Positions 12,370-24,300 of a stretch of DNA of 64,000 bases are shown here, in pieces. The stretch covers positions 1,152,001 to 1,216,000 of the forward strand of contig CAWCLO010000004.1 of NCBI GenBank assembly GCA_963796455.1, read 5' to 3'. The translations under genes and the position numbers were made by a program. Source of the stretch: Candidatus Sulfomarinibacteraceae bacterium (GTDB lineage: Bacteria; Acidobacteriota; Thermoanaerobaculia; Thermoanaerobaculales; Sulfomarinibacteraceae). Under the pieces are notes generated by a model. The model saw only the letters and a list, made by a program, of their open reading frames with translations, made no database searches and had not been told where the DNA came from. Every line of letters starts with the position of its first letter. Position 1 is the stretch's first letter.

Positions 12370-15300
12370 GGCGCGCCTCCATCGTCATCGAGAATTCGGA
12401 CGTAGCCGACTGATGGCACCCCAGGTTCTGCGCCTTCAAACCCGCCCGGCCTCAAAATGAAAAATTCGTCATTCTCCCGGTAGGAGTCGTCAAAAATAAG
12501 GAATTCGATGTCGGCGTGGGTGGCGCCACTCTCAAAGACTGTATTCTGTTCGGGCCATTCACCCTCCGGCACGCCATAGTCGAGGGTATATCGGGTTGAC
12601 CGGTCGAACACAGCCCACCCTGCCATCACGTCCTCTTCGCTGAACCTGGAAAGATCAAGACCCACAGTGACAACAGCGCCATCTTCAGGTACATCGATCA
12701 ATGTGCTGGACAAACTAACTCTGGGTGGTGGCGCGCCCTCGCGAATGGTCATGCCAAATCCGGTTACAGCAAGGCGGGCTCCGGAAGGATTGAATAGTTC
12801 GATCGAAAAGTCTTCGAACTCATCTCCCAGCCCGTCGTTCACCAGGGGAACATGAACGATCTTTAGATACTCGCCCGGCTCGAAAATCAGACGCCCTTCT
12901 GTTCGGATGAAATCTTCCCCTTCGAGAGCACTCCCGCTGAATGTCTTGAATCGGACTGTGACCTCGGTTTTTGCCGGTTCGGAGAGCAACACCTGCGCCT
13001 GCGCCGCGCCTTCGGTCTCCCACCATTGATATGGACCACCTTCGAAGCCTACCGTAAGCCCGGCGGACTGATCGGCACCTATATCCCATGAGCCGACTCT
13101 TTGGCGACGATCCATATCGGCCGCAAACGGATGATCCAGATACTCTGACAAATCTACGCCCTGGCCACAGGCCGTGTTCAGCCCCTCGAGCCACCAGTCG
13201 ACCAAATGGACATACTGTTGAGATTGCTCCTGCCCGGTGGTTCTCCAGACGGTCAGGCGGATCACTTTGAATTCAACAGGAGCCTCGAAATCAACTCCAG
13301 TGGCCATGCGCTCGGTATTGTCAGCGTCTCTTCGGTCGACAAGTTCGATATATGAACCGGATGGAGGATCGAGATCCTCGAGCCTCATGGCAGCTTCAAC
13401 CATCCAGTCATGAGAATCCGCGTTGCTCAACCGGATTCCCGTCCCAGCAATCATCCTTGGTTGGCTGAACTCGACCGTGATGACTGCGGGATTGATCGCC
13501 TCAGTCACGGCGAGGGTGTCCGCATTGTTATCGAATACCATGGCGACGTCATACGGATTAAAATTGTGAACCATCATCGCTTCGCCGGCCTGGACCAGAT
13601 CCCAGGCAGTGCACGCGAGGTGATAGTCCGCATCAACCGTTGGTGTGCCGTTCAAAAAAGCCACCGGACCGAAATCCCCCGCCGGTGGATTGGGTGCGGA
13701 ACCGTCGGTAGCGATGTTGTTTGCCGATCCGGCGACAAATTCACCAACAAAGCACGGCCCGCATCCGACCGCCAGGTTGTTGATGGCGGTGATGCTTCCA
13801 TCACGGGAATTGAACCCGTAGCCGGCACCTACGACGGTGTTGTTGAGGGCGAAGAAGTTCAAATCCACACCCGTGACGTCAACTGCGAAAACTTGCGAGT
13901 TTGAAACGCCATCGGTCACATGGATCACGGAATTGCGTAAGACGAGGTCGGCAACGGCAGCGGTACTGACGACAACACCGTTTCTCATTCCATAACTCGT
14001 CTCTCCTCCTTCGATCTGTATGAGCAGACCGTTGAGATCGACGGTTCCGTCCAGCGAGTCCAGAAAGATCCCGGTGGCAGACGTCTGCGAATCCCCCTGC
14101 ACACGGAACTGAAGCCCTTCAATGGTGACGTTGCCGACCGAGCACCAAATGGCGCGATAGCCGAAGACTGAGAGACGATACGCCGAATCCGACCACCGCC
14201 CTTCGTGCCGCTGGCTGACGCCGCGAATCTCGCCCGAATCCGGGGCTGCGATTCGGATGTCGTGAGTCGGTGATGTCACCCAGTTCTCGATTCGAACCGG
14301 GGTCACGTCTGGCGCTCCCCCATAGCAGAGAATTTCAAGGGATCTGCCAACGGACACCAGATCGTAGGTTCCGAGATGTTCGTTGTCAGCCGAAACCCAC
14401 ATCGCAGCTTCAAGAGACCCGAACGCAGGGGCAATTGCCGTCGCGGTGACACCGGCTATATCGGCAGGCGGTCGACCCAAAGCGTCGTGGACGCGACACC
14501 TGGTATCGGATTCGCAATCACCGATAAAGAGCGCCTCGAGACCGTCGATGAAAACTTGATCGCCCACGTCCGGTCCGTCGGGTAGCGGCGTCTCAAACAC
14601 CGCTTGACCGTGAACGATGCTCAAATCGATCGGTTCTACCAAGAAATTGTAGGGATCGACCCCAACCGAATACGTGACTCGAACCGGCGGCGCATCCACA
14701 TCAGTGATTACGACCTCTGCTTCGATCGGTTCGCGGACCTCGATCCCGGGAGCCGAAAGAAGTTCGACCCTGAACGATTGCGAACCTTCGGTGACATCGT
14801 CGTCTACCAACCGGATGACGATGTCCCCCCGTTGCCGTCCGGGTTCGAAAAGTAACGTTCCTTCCGTGGCCTCGAAATCGGCGCCACCCTCAGCCGTACC
14901 ATCAATCGTCCGATACTGGACTTCCACCGCTTCGGTCGGGATCTCGGACAGCTCGATCGTCATCCGGACACCGCCTGCCGATTCGGCGATTTCGTAGATG
15001 GCTGAGTCAAACGACGCGAATATCGACCCGGGTTCGGGTAGCGCGCCGAGGTTGACCGTGGTGGTCATGCCTACCGAGTCGAACGCGCGGAGGATCACGA
15101 GATCGCCCTGCAGCCCACCCGGCAGCAGAATATCGGTGGCGTTGCCCGAGAGGATCGTCGCGGCGGTTTCGCCCACTTCAACCCAACCACCCGGCAGAGC
15201 TCTCCAGAGCGAAACAAAGAGGTCGACCGGGCCATCCGGATCGATCACTCCGCCCGCAGGAATCCGGAGACGGTAGTCGCCGTCGAGGTAGATCAGATTC

Positions 15301-18300
15301 TCCTCGGAAAGGGTTATCGACGGCGATCCGTCAGCCTGCGGCAGGGCCCAGATGATCTGTTCCGATTCGGTCGACTGCGGATGTTGGTCGCCGACAACCA
15401 GCCAGATTTCGTCCCCGACCGCACCCTGAATCGAAGCCCCTTCAAAACCGTAGATGAAGGTCCCGCAATCCCAGGTACACGACGCCTCTTCAAGGACCAG
15501 ATCCACGTCCTCGAAAATTGCAGTCGTTCTGTTTTCGAGGCGGGCGAAAGAGACTCCGTCGAAGCTTTCCAACGGGAAACCACAGGGATCTTCCGAAGAG
15601 CAGCTCCCGATGCTGCCAACCACGTACTCCGTCCCGTTGGCCGTCAATGACAGATACTCGTCGCGGACCATCGGCGGTTCGAAGTTTTGCGGAAGTGGTT
15701 CGGGAATCGGCACTCTGGACTCGTTGCCAAACTCGTCTCGAGCAACAATCTCGAGGACTGCACCCGTGCGATCAGAAACCGGGCTGAGATCGATTCCGCC
15801 GTCGGTCCGCAGCTGGAGTGGATAGACATTCTCCGGCTGCTCGGGATCGATCGCGAAGACCACGTCGATTTCGGAATCATCAAAGATAACCGGTTCCTCG
15901 CTGACGAGCCAATATCCAAAGTCAAAGGCCAGCACACCGATTCCAGCAGCATCGATGCCAGGAGGCAAGAAATCGGGCATGCCTCCGAGATCGAGAACCG
16001 AGGTCTTCGGCTCGGGGTGTTGGTCGGTCGCTTCCAGAAGCAGCGTCTCTCCCGGTTCGGCGTCGAAACCAATCGAGAAATTGCCGACCGATGAGATCTC
16101 CTGGCTCCACGAGATCCCGGCCGTCACATTTCTGACCGTGACATCCACTCTCCAGTTTTCGTCGGTGATCGCACCGGGAAGTCCGTCCACCCGATAGCGG
16201 TACTCGAGTCCTTGCCCATCTTGATTGACGATACTCACCAAGGAAGGATCGATGGTCGGAGCGTCGTCGTTCGCAGGTAATGTGCCGACCAAAGCTTCAC
16301 CCACAAACGGATCGTAGTGGCTGTCTGTCGCCTCCAGCCGGATTTCGTCACCCGAAGCCCCACTGATGTCTCGCCTGAAAAAGGAACCGTTGGGTTCAAG
16401 ATAATAGGTAACGTCCGTGCCCGCAGTGTCATTTACCACGGTGACCCTGTTGACCCCATCGGGATCGGTAACGGCTCCCGCGAACCCTTCGATCCAGAAC
16501 TTTCTGGCGAAGGCACTCAGAACGATCGTTTCGGGGTTGATCGAGGGTGCCTCGTCATTTGGTTCCTCGAGGATGGAGCGATATTCCACATCCACCGATC
16601 CGAAATCGTCGTGGTCATAAAAACGCACTCTTGCTTCGCCGCGAACGGTCACCGAGTCGAATCGATAGACACCCCGCCAGAGATCACCCGCGATGATTTC
16701 CGGATCTCCATCCAGAGTCAGCGTAAACCCGTCCACCGAAGCGACGCGCCATTTGCCCTTCGATTCGTTTTCGTCGCTGTCCAGGACCTCGACCCAATGG
16801 CCGACGAAGTACTGTGGAACGACCTGGTCGCGATCGGTCACGAGAGTCTGTCCGCCGCTACCGGCGAGCACCGATCCGCTGCCCAGGGTCGGAGGCAAGG
16901 TGTATCGCCCGCGATATCCCGCGTTGTCGACCACGAGATCGCCGAAGATCGAATCCGGTCCTTGGAGGTAGACGGTACCGGCTCCTCCCGCTCTCCAGTA
17001 GTACCCACCATCCGCTCTGATAGCGCCTACGATTTCGTCATCGATTTCGCCGTACTCCAGAGCGACCGCTCCTCCACCTGCGCTCGTCCGGTCGCGATTG
17101 TTCGCGTTGCCGCCGCGTGCCTCGATGACACCTTCGCCGGTGATGGTTCCGGCGGTGATCCAGATCGATCCGCCGGCGGCGCCGTGTTGGTACGTCTCGG
17201 TCGCCGTTGACCCGTTCGCCGAAATCGCTGCGCGGTCGGCAATTCTCACCGAATCGGCCAGGATCCGGACCACGCCTCCCCCGGGCAATCCTGAATCGGG
17301 ATTGCGGCTCCCACCACCGAATTCCTGTGGGCGATACACACTTCCATAGGTTGAGCCCGGGGTGCCGTACGAAGAACCCTCGCCGAGATGGGAGCCGGCA
17401 CTTCGGGCATCATCAGCGAGCGTCGCGGAAGGATGAGTTTCGCCGCCCGAATATCCGAGACCGGTCACATCGATTGCTCCACCGCATCGAATGTCCAGGA
17501 CGCCCAAATCAGTGAGAATCAGACTCTCCGCTTGCCGGGAGATAAGGGTCGCACCCTGCAAAAGGGTCAGATTTTGCGGCCGGAGGGCGGTGGCAGCCGT
17601 ATGGGTTCCCGGGCCCAAGATCAGATCCTCGCCGAGATGGTCGACAAGCAGCTCCCGTTCACCGGTGAGCACGGTCCCATACGGCACCGTGAGAATTGCG
17701 GAGGCCGAGCCCTCGTTGCCGTTCCAATCACGTGCGACGATACGAATGACGAAATCATCGCCTGCCGTCGCGTCCGCGGGCGGAGTCCAAAGGAACTCGC
17801 CCATCCAGGAGGTTTCACCGAGAGGCACTTCCTCGAGAACCGGTTCGCCATCGACAAGGATGGAGTAGTACTGGACCTCATCATCGTCATCGATCGCAAA
17901 GGTGAAGACCACCTCACTATCCGGCAGGCAATAGTCGCCGGATCTCGGACAGAGGAACGACACCACCGGGTCATCGGGCCCCTGCGCGGGAATGACCGAT
18001 AGTGTTCCTTCCAGGGTGCCCGTGTTGCCCGCCGGATCGACGGCCGACAGGGTCCAAGGAACCGTGCGAGCTTCGTCGGTTTCGCTCACAGTCCAGATCG
18101 CGGCGGCCGCCGCGGTCCACCCCGGTCCAGGAAGCACAGGGTCGGCGATTTCGACCGCGACCGTCTGACCGTCGATTTCCAGTGAAGCCGATTCAACGGC
18201 GACCTCGTCCTCGAGCTCGAACTGGAACTCGATCTGCTGGCCGCTCCGATAGTTCAAATCAAAATCAGGAGCAGTGACCGAAAGGGTTGGTGACGCGGTA

Positions 18301-21300
18301 TCACCCGCCACCGTGATGACCAGCGGCGTCAACGAGCTGCGCTGCTCGAGGGTGTCCTCGACTTCGCACGACACCAGCAGTTGTTCGCCAGCGACCGCGT
18401 CGAATGGGATGCGGTATTCCCGGGAATCGGAACCCGTCGTTCCAGAAAGCACAACAGTCCACTCCTGCTCGATGACCCCGGTTGTCGAAACATAGGCGGA
18501 GGCCAAACCGTGGTCATCCGCGAAATCAATCGTGACCGTCAGCAGGTGATTCGGCAAAACCTCGTTGGACGGCTCGGATCCGATCGTTCCGGTCGGAAGC
18601 CGATCATCCACAACCATGAGTTCGCGCGACGCGATCTCCGAGACATTCCCGGAAACATCTTCGGCCGCTGCGCCGAGCACCACCGAAGGCACGTCCACCG
18701 GCATCATCGCGGTTCCGCGGAACCGGCCGGGGATTGCGTCCGGAGAAACCATCAACGGCACCCCGTCGACTGTGAGCACAACCGAACGAAGTGAGTCATT
18801 TGAGGTCACTGCTGCCAGGACCGTGATCTCGCGGCCCTCCAAAGCAGTCCAGACCCCTCCCTGATCCATCGCCCCTTCCGGAAGCAGCAAGGTGATGACC
18901 GGTGCCTCGATATCACGGACTCTGAAGGTGAAGCTGTAGGCCTCAGCGAGGGCGAGTCCGGCGGCATCGGTAACACCATCGATGATGACGGTGTAGAAGG
19001 TGTCGAGTTCGAGAGCGGTGGCCGGTCGGATTCGAATGTCGAAACCGTCGCGCTGGAGGTCGAGGACCGCCTCGACCGGCTGACCACCCGCATCGAGTAG
19101 GCGGACCGTCGTTGCACTCAGCGACTCGGGATCCATCGACTCGGAACAGCTGATGATCGGCACCACGTCCGGTCCGACCGGTTGATCGCCGTCGGGGTCA
19201 TCGACCGGGACCGCGCCGAGCACCGAAGGCGGGATGGTGTCCCGGGTACGGAAGGTCGAATGCAGATCGAAGGATGGTCTTCGTCCCGCGAGGTCTTCCA
19301 CGTCGTCCAGAACGTCGATCAGATACAGCGTTTCACTCACCAGAGGACCATGGGCCAAGGTGACGCGGGTAAATGCTTCGAGCGGGCCGTCGCCGTCCGG
19401 ATCTGGTTCTTCGGAGAAGCTCCTTGTGAAAGGAACAGAACTTCCGGAACCCTGTTGCCTCAGCGAGATGTTCCCGCCAACCAAGGTCGCCAGGCGCATC
19501 CGCTCCGAAAAGTCGATGATGATGTCCGCGGTCGGATCGGCGTCCTGTCCACCGTTGACCGGCTCGATCGAGGCGACCCAGGGATTCGTCTCGTCGAGCA
19601 CCAGATCCGCGAGAATCAGGTGATCGGTGGCGACGACGATATCGCGCAGCGAGTGTCTGCCCAACCCGTTCGCGGCATAGGCCTCGAGCTGGTAGGTCTG
19701 ATTGGCCGCGAGCGACGGGAAGGTAAACCATCCCGTTTCGTCCGAGACGGCTTGGAACGTGCGATTGCTGAAAATCATCTTGACGAGCGCGCCGGCTGCC
19801 GGTTGCCCCATGGGATCGAGCGTCCGACCCTCGGCCGAAGCCGAGAGCTCGATTGCCATCTCGACCGATATGGTGCCGCTGTGATCTTCCTGCGATATCT
19901 CGATCTCGCGGGAACCGCCCAACAGCGCGCCGGTCGGGTCCGTCAGAGCCGCGGTCACGGTGTAGGTTCCGACGCCGAGTCCGCTGACCGGAATAATCGA
20001 GCCGTCATCGCCGGTCTGGGTCGTCACGTCGCGTCTGCCGTAGAAGCCGCTCCCGGTTATCCGAACCTTCGCCCCGACAACCGGCTCCCCTCCTTGAGTC
20101 ACCGCCACCGCGATTGCCGCCCGACCCATCAGCTCGAGTTCGACGACCTGATCACTCGGTGGATTCGACATCCAGCTCTCCGAGACGGCACCCAGCGCCG
20201 TCGTGAACTTGCGGCCGAGTATCTGCTCGACACCGGCGCTTTCACATGCACCGAGACACGCACCAACCTTGAATCTGCCCGACACCACATTTTCGAAGAC
20301 CGGTGCGACATCCATTGAAAGGTGCTGGACAGTTGGTGATGAACCACTTGGCTCGCGGAAGAAGTCATGACTGGATTGCTGGAACGCAACCGAAGGCACC
20401 TCGTCTGCAAGCGCCACACCGAAAGGATCGAGGACCCGGACCGCGATTTCAGCAGTTTCCGGTAACTCGAGTTCGATCGTGGTGGTCGGCGAGGTGACCG
20501 GGTTGATCGAAACCGTCGCCTCGACAAAAAGCGGAGAATCCGGATCGAAAGCCGTGATCACGGCCGTACCGGCCGATACGCCCTCAAAAACAAAGCCACC
20601 GTCGGCACCGGTGAACGCAGTCCATTCCCGCTGGTGCTGCTGGACCTGGCCGTTCTGGTTGAGAACCACCGATGTCCGGAGTTTGATCTGGCCGCCTTCA
20701 ACAGGTTCTTGATATTGATCCCGGAGGATCCCTTCAAGCCTTCCCATAGGCGACAGCGAAACGTCGAGCACCGCGTCGCGGACGCAGGTGGTGCCGAATC
20801 CAGAATTCGAGCTGTCACACAGCGACACGGTGGCGGAAATTCCTCCACGATTGCTGGCTGTATGGAAGGCGCGAACCTGATAATCGCGCCCCACCGGGAC
20901 GCTCGAAAAGAGGTATGTCCCGTCAGCAGCCGTGCTCTCGGTGGTCAGAATCTCGTAGTAGTAGCTCACCCGGCGGAAGAGCTGAACCGTCACCGACTCG
21001 ACCGGTTCTCCATTTTCGGGAAGGGTCACGGTGCCGCCGACCGTGCCGGTCGGGTGGAGGCACACGGGCTCAGCGAGAAGAGTCGTTTCTCCCGCCGGAC
21101 CAAGGCCTACGGTTTCGTAGGCGGATCCGTGAAGCGCCGAGGTTGCGGAGAGGGTCCAGGTCCCGACCATCTGCCCGGCAAACATGAACGATGCACGATC
21201 GTCCTCATCGAGCTCGAGATCGAGCACCCGATTTTCGATCTCCCCGATTTCGAGATTGGAGATAAACGGTTTCGGCACCCCATTGGGCCACATGCTGATC

Positions 21301-24300
21301 CGGACCGAGGACCCCGCCTTGGCGGATTTCTTGTCGAAACACAATGCCACCTGGCCCTCGGTCGCGGCTCGTCCGCGCAACGAGAGCACGAGATCGTCGA
21401 TCACCTGCCCCGAACCCATGTTGCCGTTGAGCCATGCGATGCCATGGCCCGGATGGTAGACGCGAATGCTGTACGCCCCTCGCGGTACGAGTCCGAAGTT
21501 GAAGGTACCGTCCTGTTGGGAAGGTTGCTTGTGCAGCGCGATGAGGTTGCCTCCCGTACCGGTGATCCACAGCTCGACGGTGGCTTCCGCCACCGCGATC
21601 GGGCCCTCCGGGCCGGGGCGAACCACCGTGCCGCCGACAATTCCCGGTGCCTGGAAGTTGATGACCAGTTCCCGACCGTCAACTCCATCGATAAACATCG
21701 AAGCGGAGACGGGACCGTAAAAACCACTCGACGCGACGGCGACAAGGGATCCGACATTGGTCGGCAGATCTTCGACCAGACAAACGCCTTCCGGGTCGAG
21801 TTCGCATTCGGTCCAACCTTCATCCGGAACCTGTCCGATCCTGCCGGTGGATGTCACGCCGGGCACCCGATAACTGATGGGTGTGATCGGAGCCACCTCA
21901 CCACCACCGACCGTATCCGCCTCGACACGAATGGTGGCGCTGACCAATCCGCCGAGAATGAGATTTGTCGCGGCAGAGTGCCCCGGATAGAGCACTTTCA
22001 CTTTACCTCGTGCGAGTCTTTGGCCGAGCCGGACCAGGACATCATGTTCTCCAGGCGGTACGTCTTCGATCCGGATGCTTCCGTCGCCGCCGGTCCTGCC
22101 CCCATACCCACTTCCGAAATGGGCGAGCGCCACCTCGGCACCGAACTCGGGAGATCCGGAGCCATTGGCTACATTGACCGTCACCGAACCCAGACCCTGG
22201 TCCTCTCGCAATACGAAGTCGAGGACCAGGACCTGGCCGTCGGCCGTCAGATCGACCGTCTTGGTCGTCGAGGCCGCGGTCACCGGATCCCAGACCTCGA
22301 GATCGATCTGCCCGAGCGGCAGATTCGAAAGATCGTAGAGTCCGCCCTCATCCGCAAGAGCGAAGAGCCCCTGTTGACGGGCAACCACATAAGCTCCGGC
22401 CACCGGCGTTTCGACTCCACCCGAAAGCAGGGTCACCTTCCCGGTGATCGTGCCGGTCGCGCTCGCCCGGACCACCAGTTCCGCTGTGTTCATGGCATCG
22501 CCCAGCAGATCGACCACCACCTCACCGACGTAGCGGCCGAGAGTCGGGCTCCAGGCTTTGAAACGGGCGATTCCGGGGGGCACATCTTCCATCGAGAAGA
22601 GACCGTTCGAGTCGGTTCTCGCGGCATGGGTGGCACCCTGGTAACCGGCGGGAATCACATAGACATCGAGATCGGGAATCGGTTGCGCGGTCTCACCATC
22701 AATCACAGATCCCTCAACCTGCGCCAAGGGCTGGGCGAAATCGTGCAGCACCAACTCGATGGCCGCTTCGGCTCCCGGAGCAGTGATTTGTGCCGTTCCG
22801 GAGGTATAGGTCGGGCCGTCCTTGGCTACCACCTGAACCGGGCCTACCGGAAGATCCTCGAGACGGAAGCTGCCCGAGGCGTCGGGCTCCGTCTGGCGTC
22901 CTTCCCAGGGGTTTGTGATCGAGCGGGCGATGACCACCGGATTGACAAGGGCTGATCCATCGGCCTTCCGAAGAGTCCCCACGACATCACCGCGACCAAC
23001 CATCGCCAGCGTCAGAGTGCGCACCTGATTGTCGCCGGGCAAACGCCCCACCAACCGGGTGTCGCGTCCGTTTTCGGGATCAACGGCTCTTACTGTAAAG
23101 GCGGCATGTTGGCTCGGAATGGCTTCATCGCGATACCTGACGGCATCAAAAAGGAACCCACCCGAGGCATCTGCCCGGACGCGATCGGAGAGGCCCGGAT
23201 ACCAATTGCAGCCGTCTATCGGGTGACAGATCTCGAAGAGTTCGTAGAGCTCGAGCTCGGCATGAGGCAGTGGACCACCATCCGGACCGAGAACAACCCC
23301 ACGAACGACTCCGCTTTCGAGCCCTTCCCCCACATCGATCAAGAAATCGGAAATGTCGAGCTCTCCCCCACCGACCATGGGCAGTGGCGCCGACCCACTT
23401 GAAAGCTTCAGTTCAGCATGAGGGTTGAGAGGTTCGCTGAAAGTCACCACAAGGATGCGCGGATCGAGTTGAACACGGAACGAACGCCCATGTCTGGACC
23501 GCGAAAAGGATTCCACCGATCCCTGACCATCATCGATATCGAGGACGGAGTCGATCAGCCATTCCTCTGCTTCGATCTCTGCAACGGCATCGCCATCCAC
23601 AGGCTGGCTGAGCAACAGAACGACGTTGCGGTATCCACCGCTTCGAACCGGATTGACGGTTTGGCTGAAGCCCGCACGAATCACCCTGGGTGCCGGTGCT
23701 CCGCGATCGACCGCCACGATTTCTTCCCACCAATCCCGCAGTGAATCGCCATTGGAGTCGCTTTCGATCCAGGTGCTCTCCAGCAACGGCCCGATGTTGA
23801 AAAATGCCAGACTGCCATTCCCGGTATCAACTTCCTGTGATGGAGCAAACCGGCGTGTGCTGCCGTCCGGCATGACGAGAATCGCCTCGATGTCCACCGC
23901 TCCCGACCGGGTGCCCCAGAGTTGGACCTGATAGCTCTCCTCGAACCACGATCCGTCTTTTTCAACCGGCACGGCAACGATCCCGATCTCGCCGGACCAC
24001 GCATCCGAGTCGAGTCCAAGGATTGATCCGCCTTCGAGATCGCGGGTAAAGAACTCGACATCCGACCGTTGCCCGACAACGGTACGCCCAGAGGAGTTCC
24101 CCACCATCGCCAATCGAGCCCCACCCTCAAAACCAGCACCCTCAGCGCTAACCAGAACCATCGGTCTGCCGGAAATCGCGAGCTCTTCGAGTTCCGCCAG
24201 GGCTTCCGAGGCACCGAGTTCTTCCATCCGTGCCCCGAGATAACTGGCGGTGGCGTTCTCGAGCTGATGACCGCGGCGCGATTGGCGCCTCAATACATCA

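Noticed and set aside
8668..22955. Long plus-strand ORFs (8668..10707, 19182..20318, 20634..22955 and others)
   Set aside because: They are antisense shadows of the giant minus-strand genes in GC-rich DNA, Arg/His-rich and without motifs or RBS.
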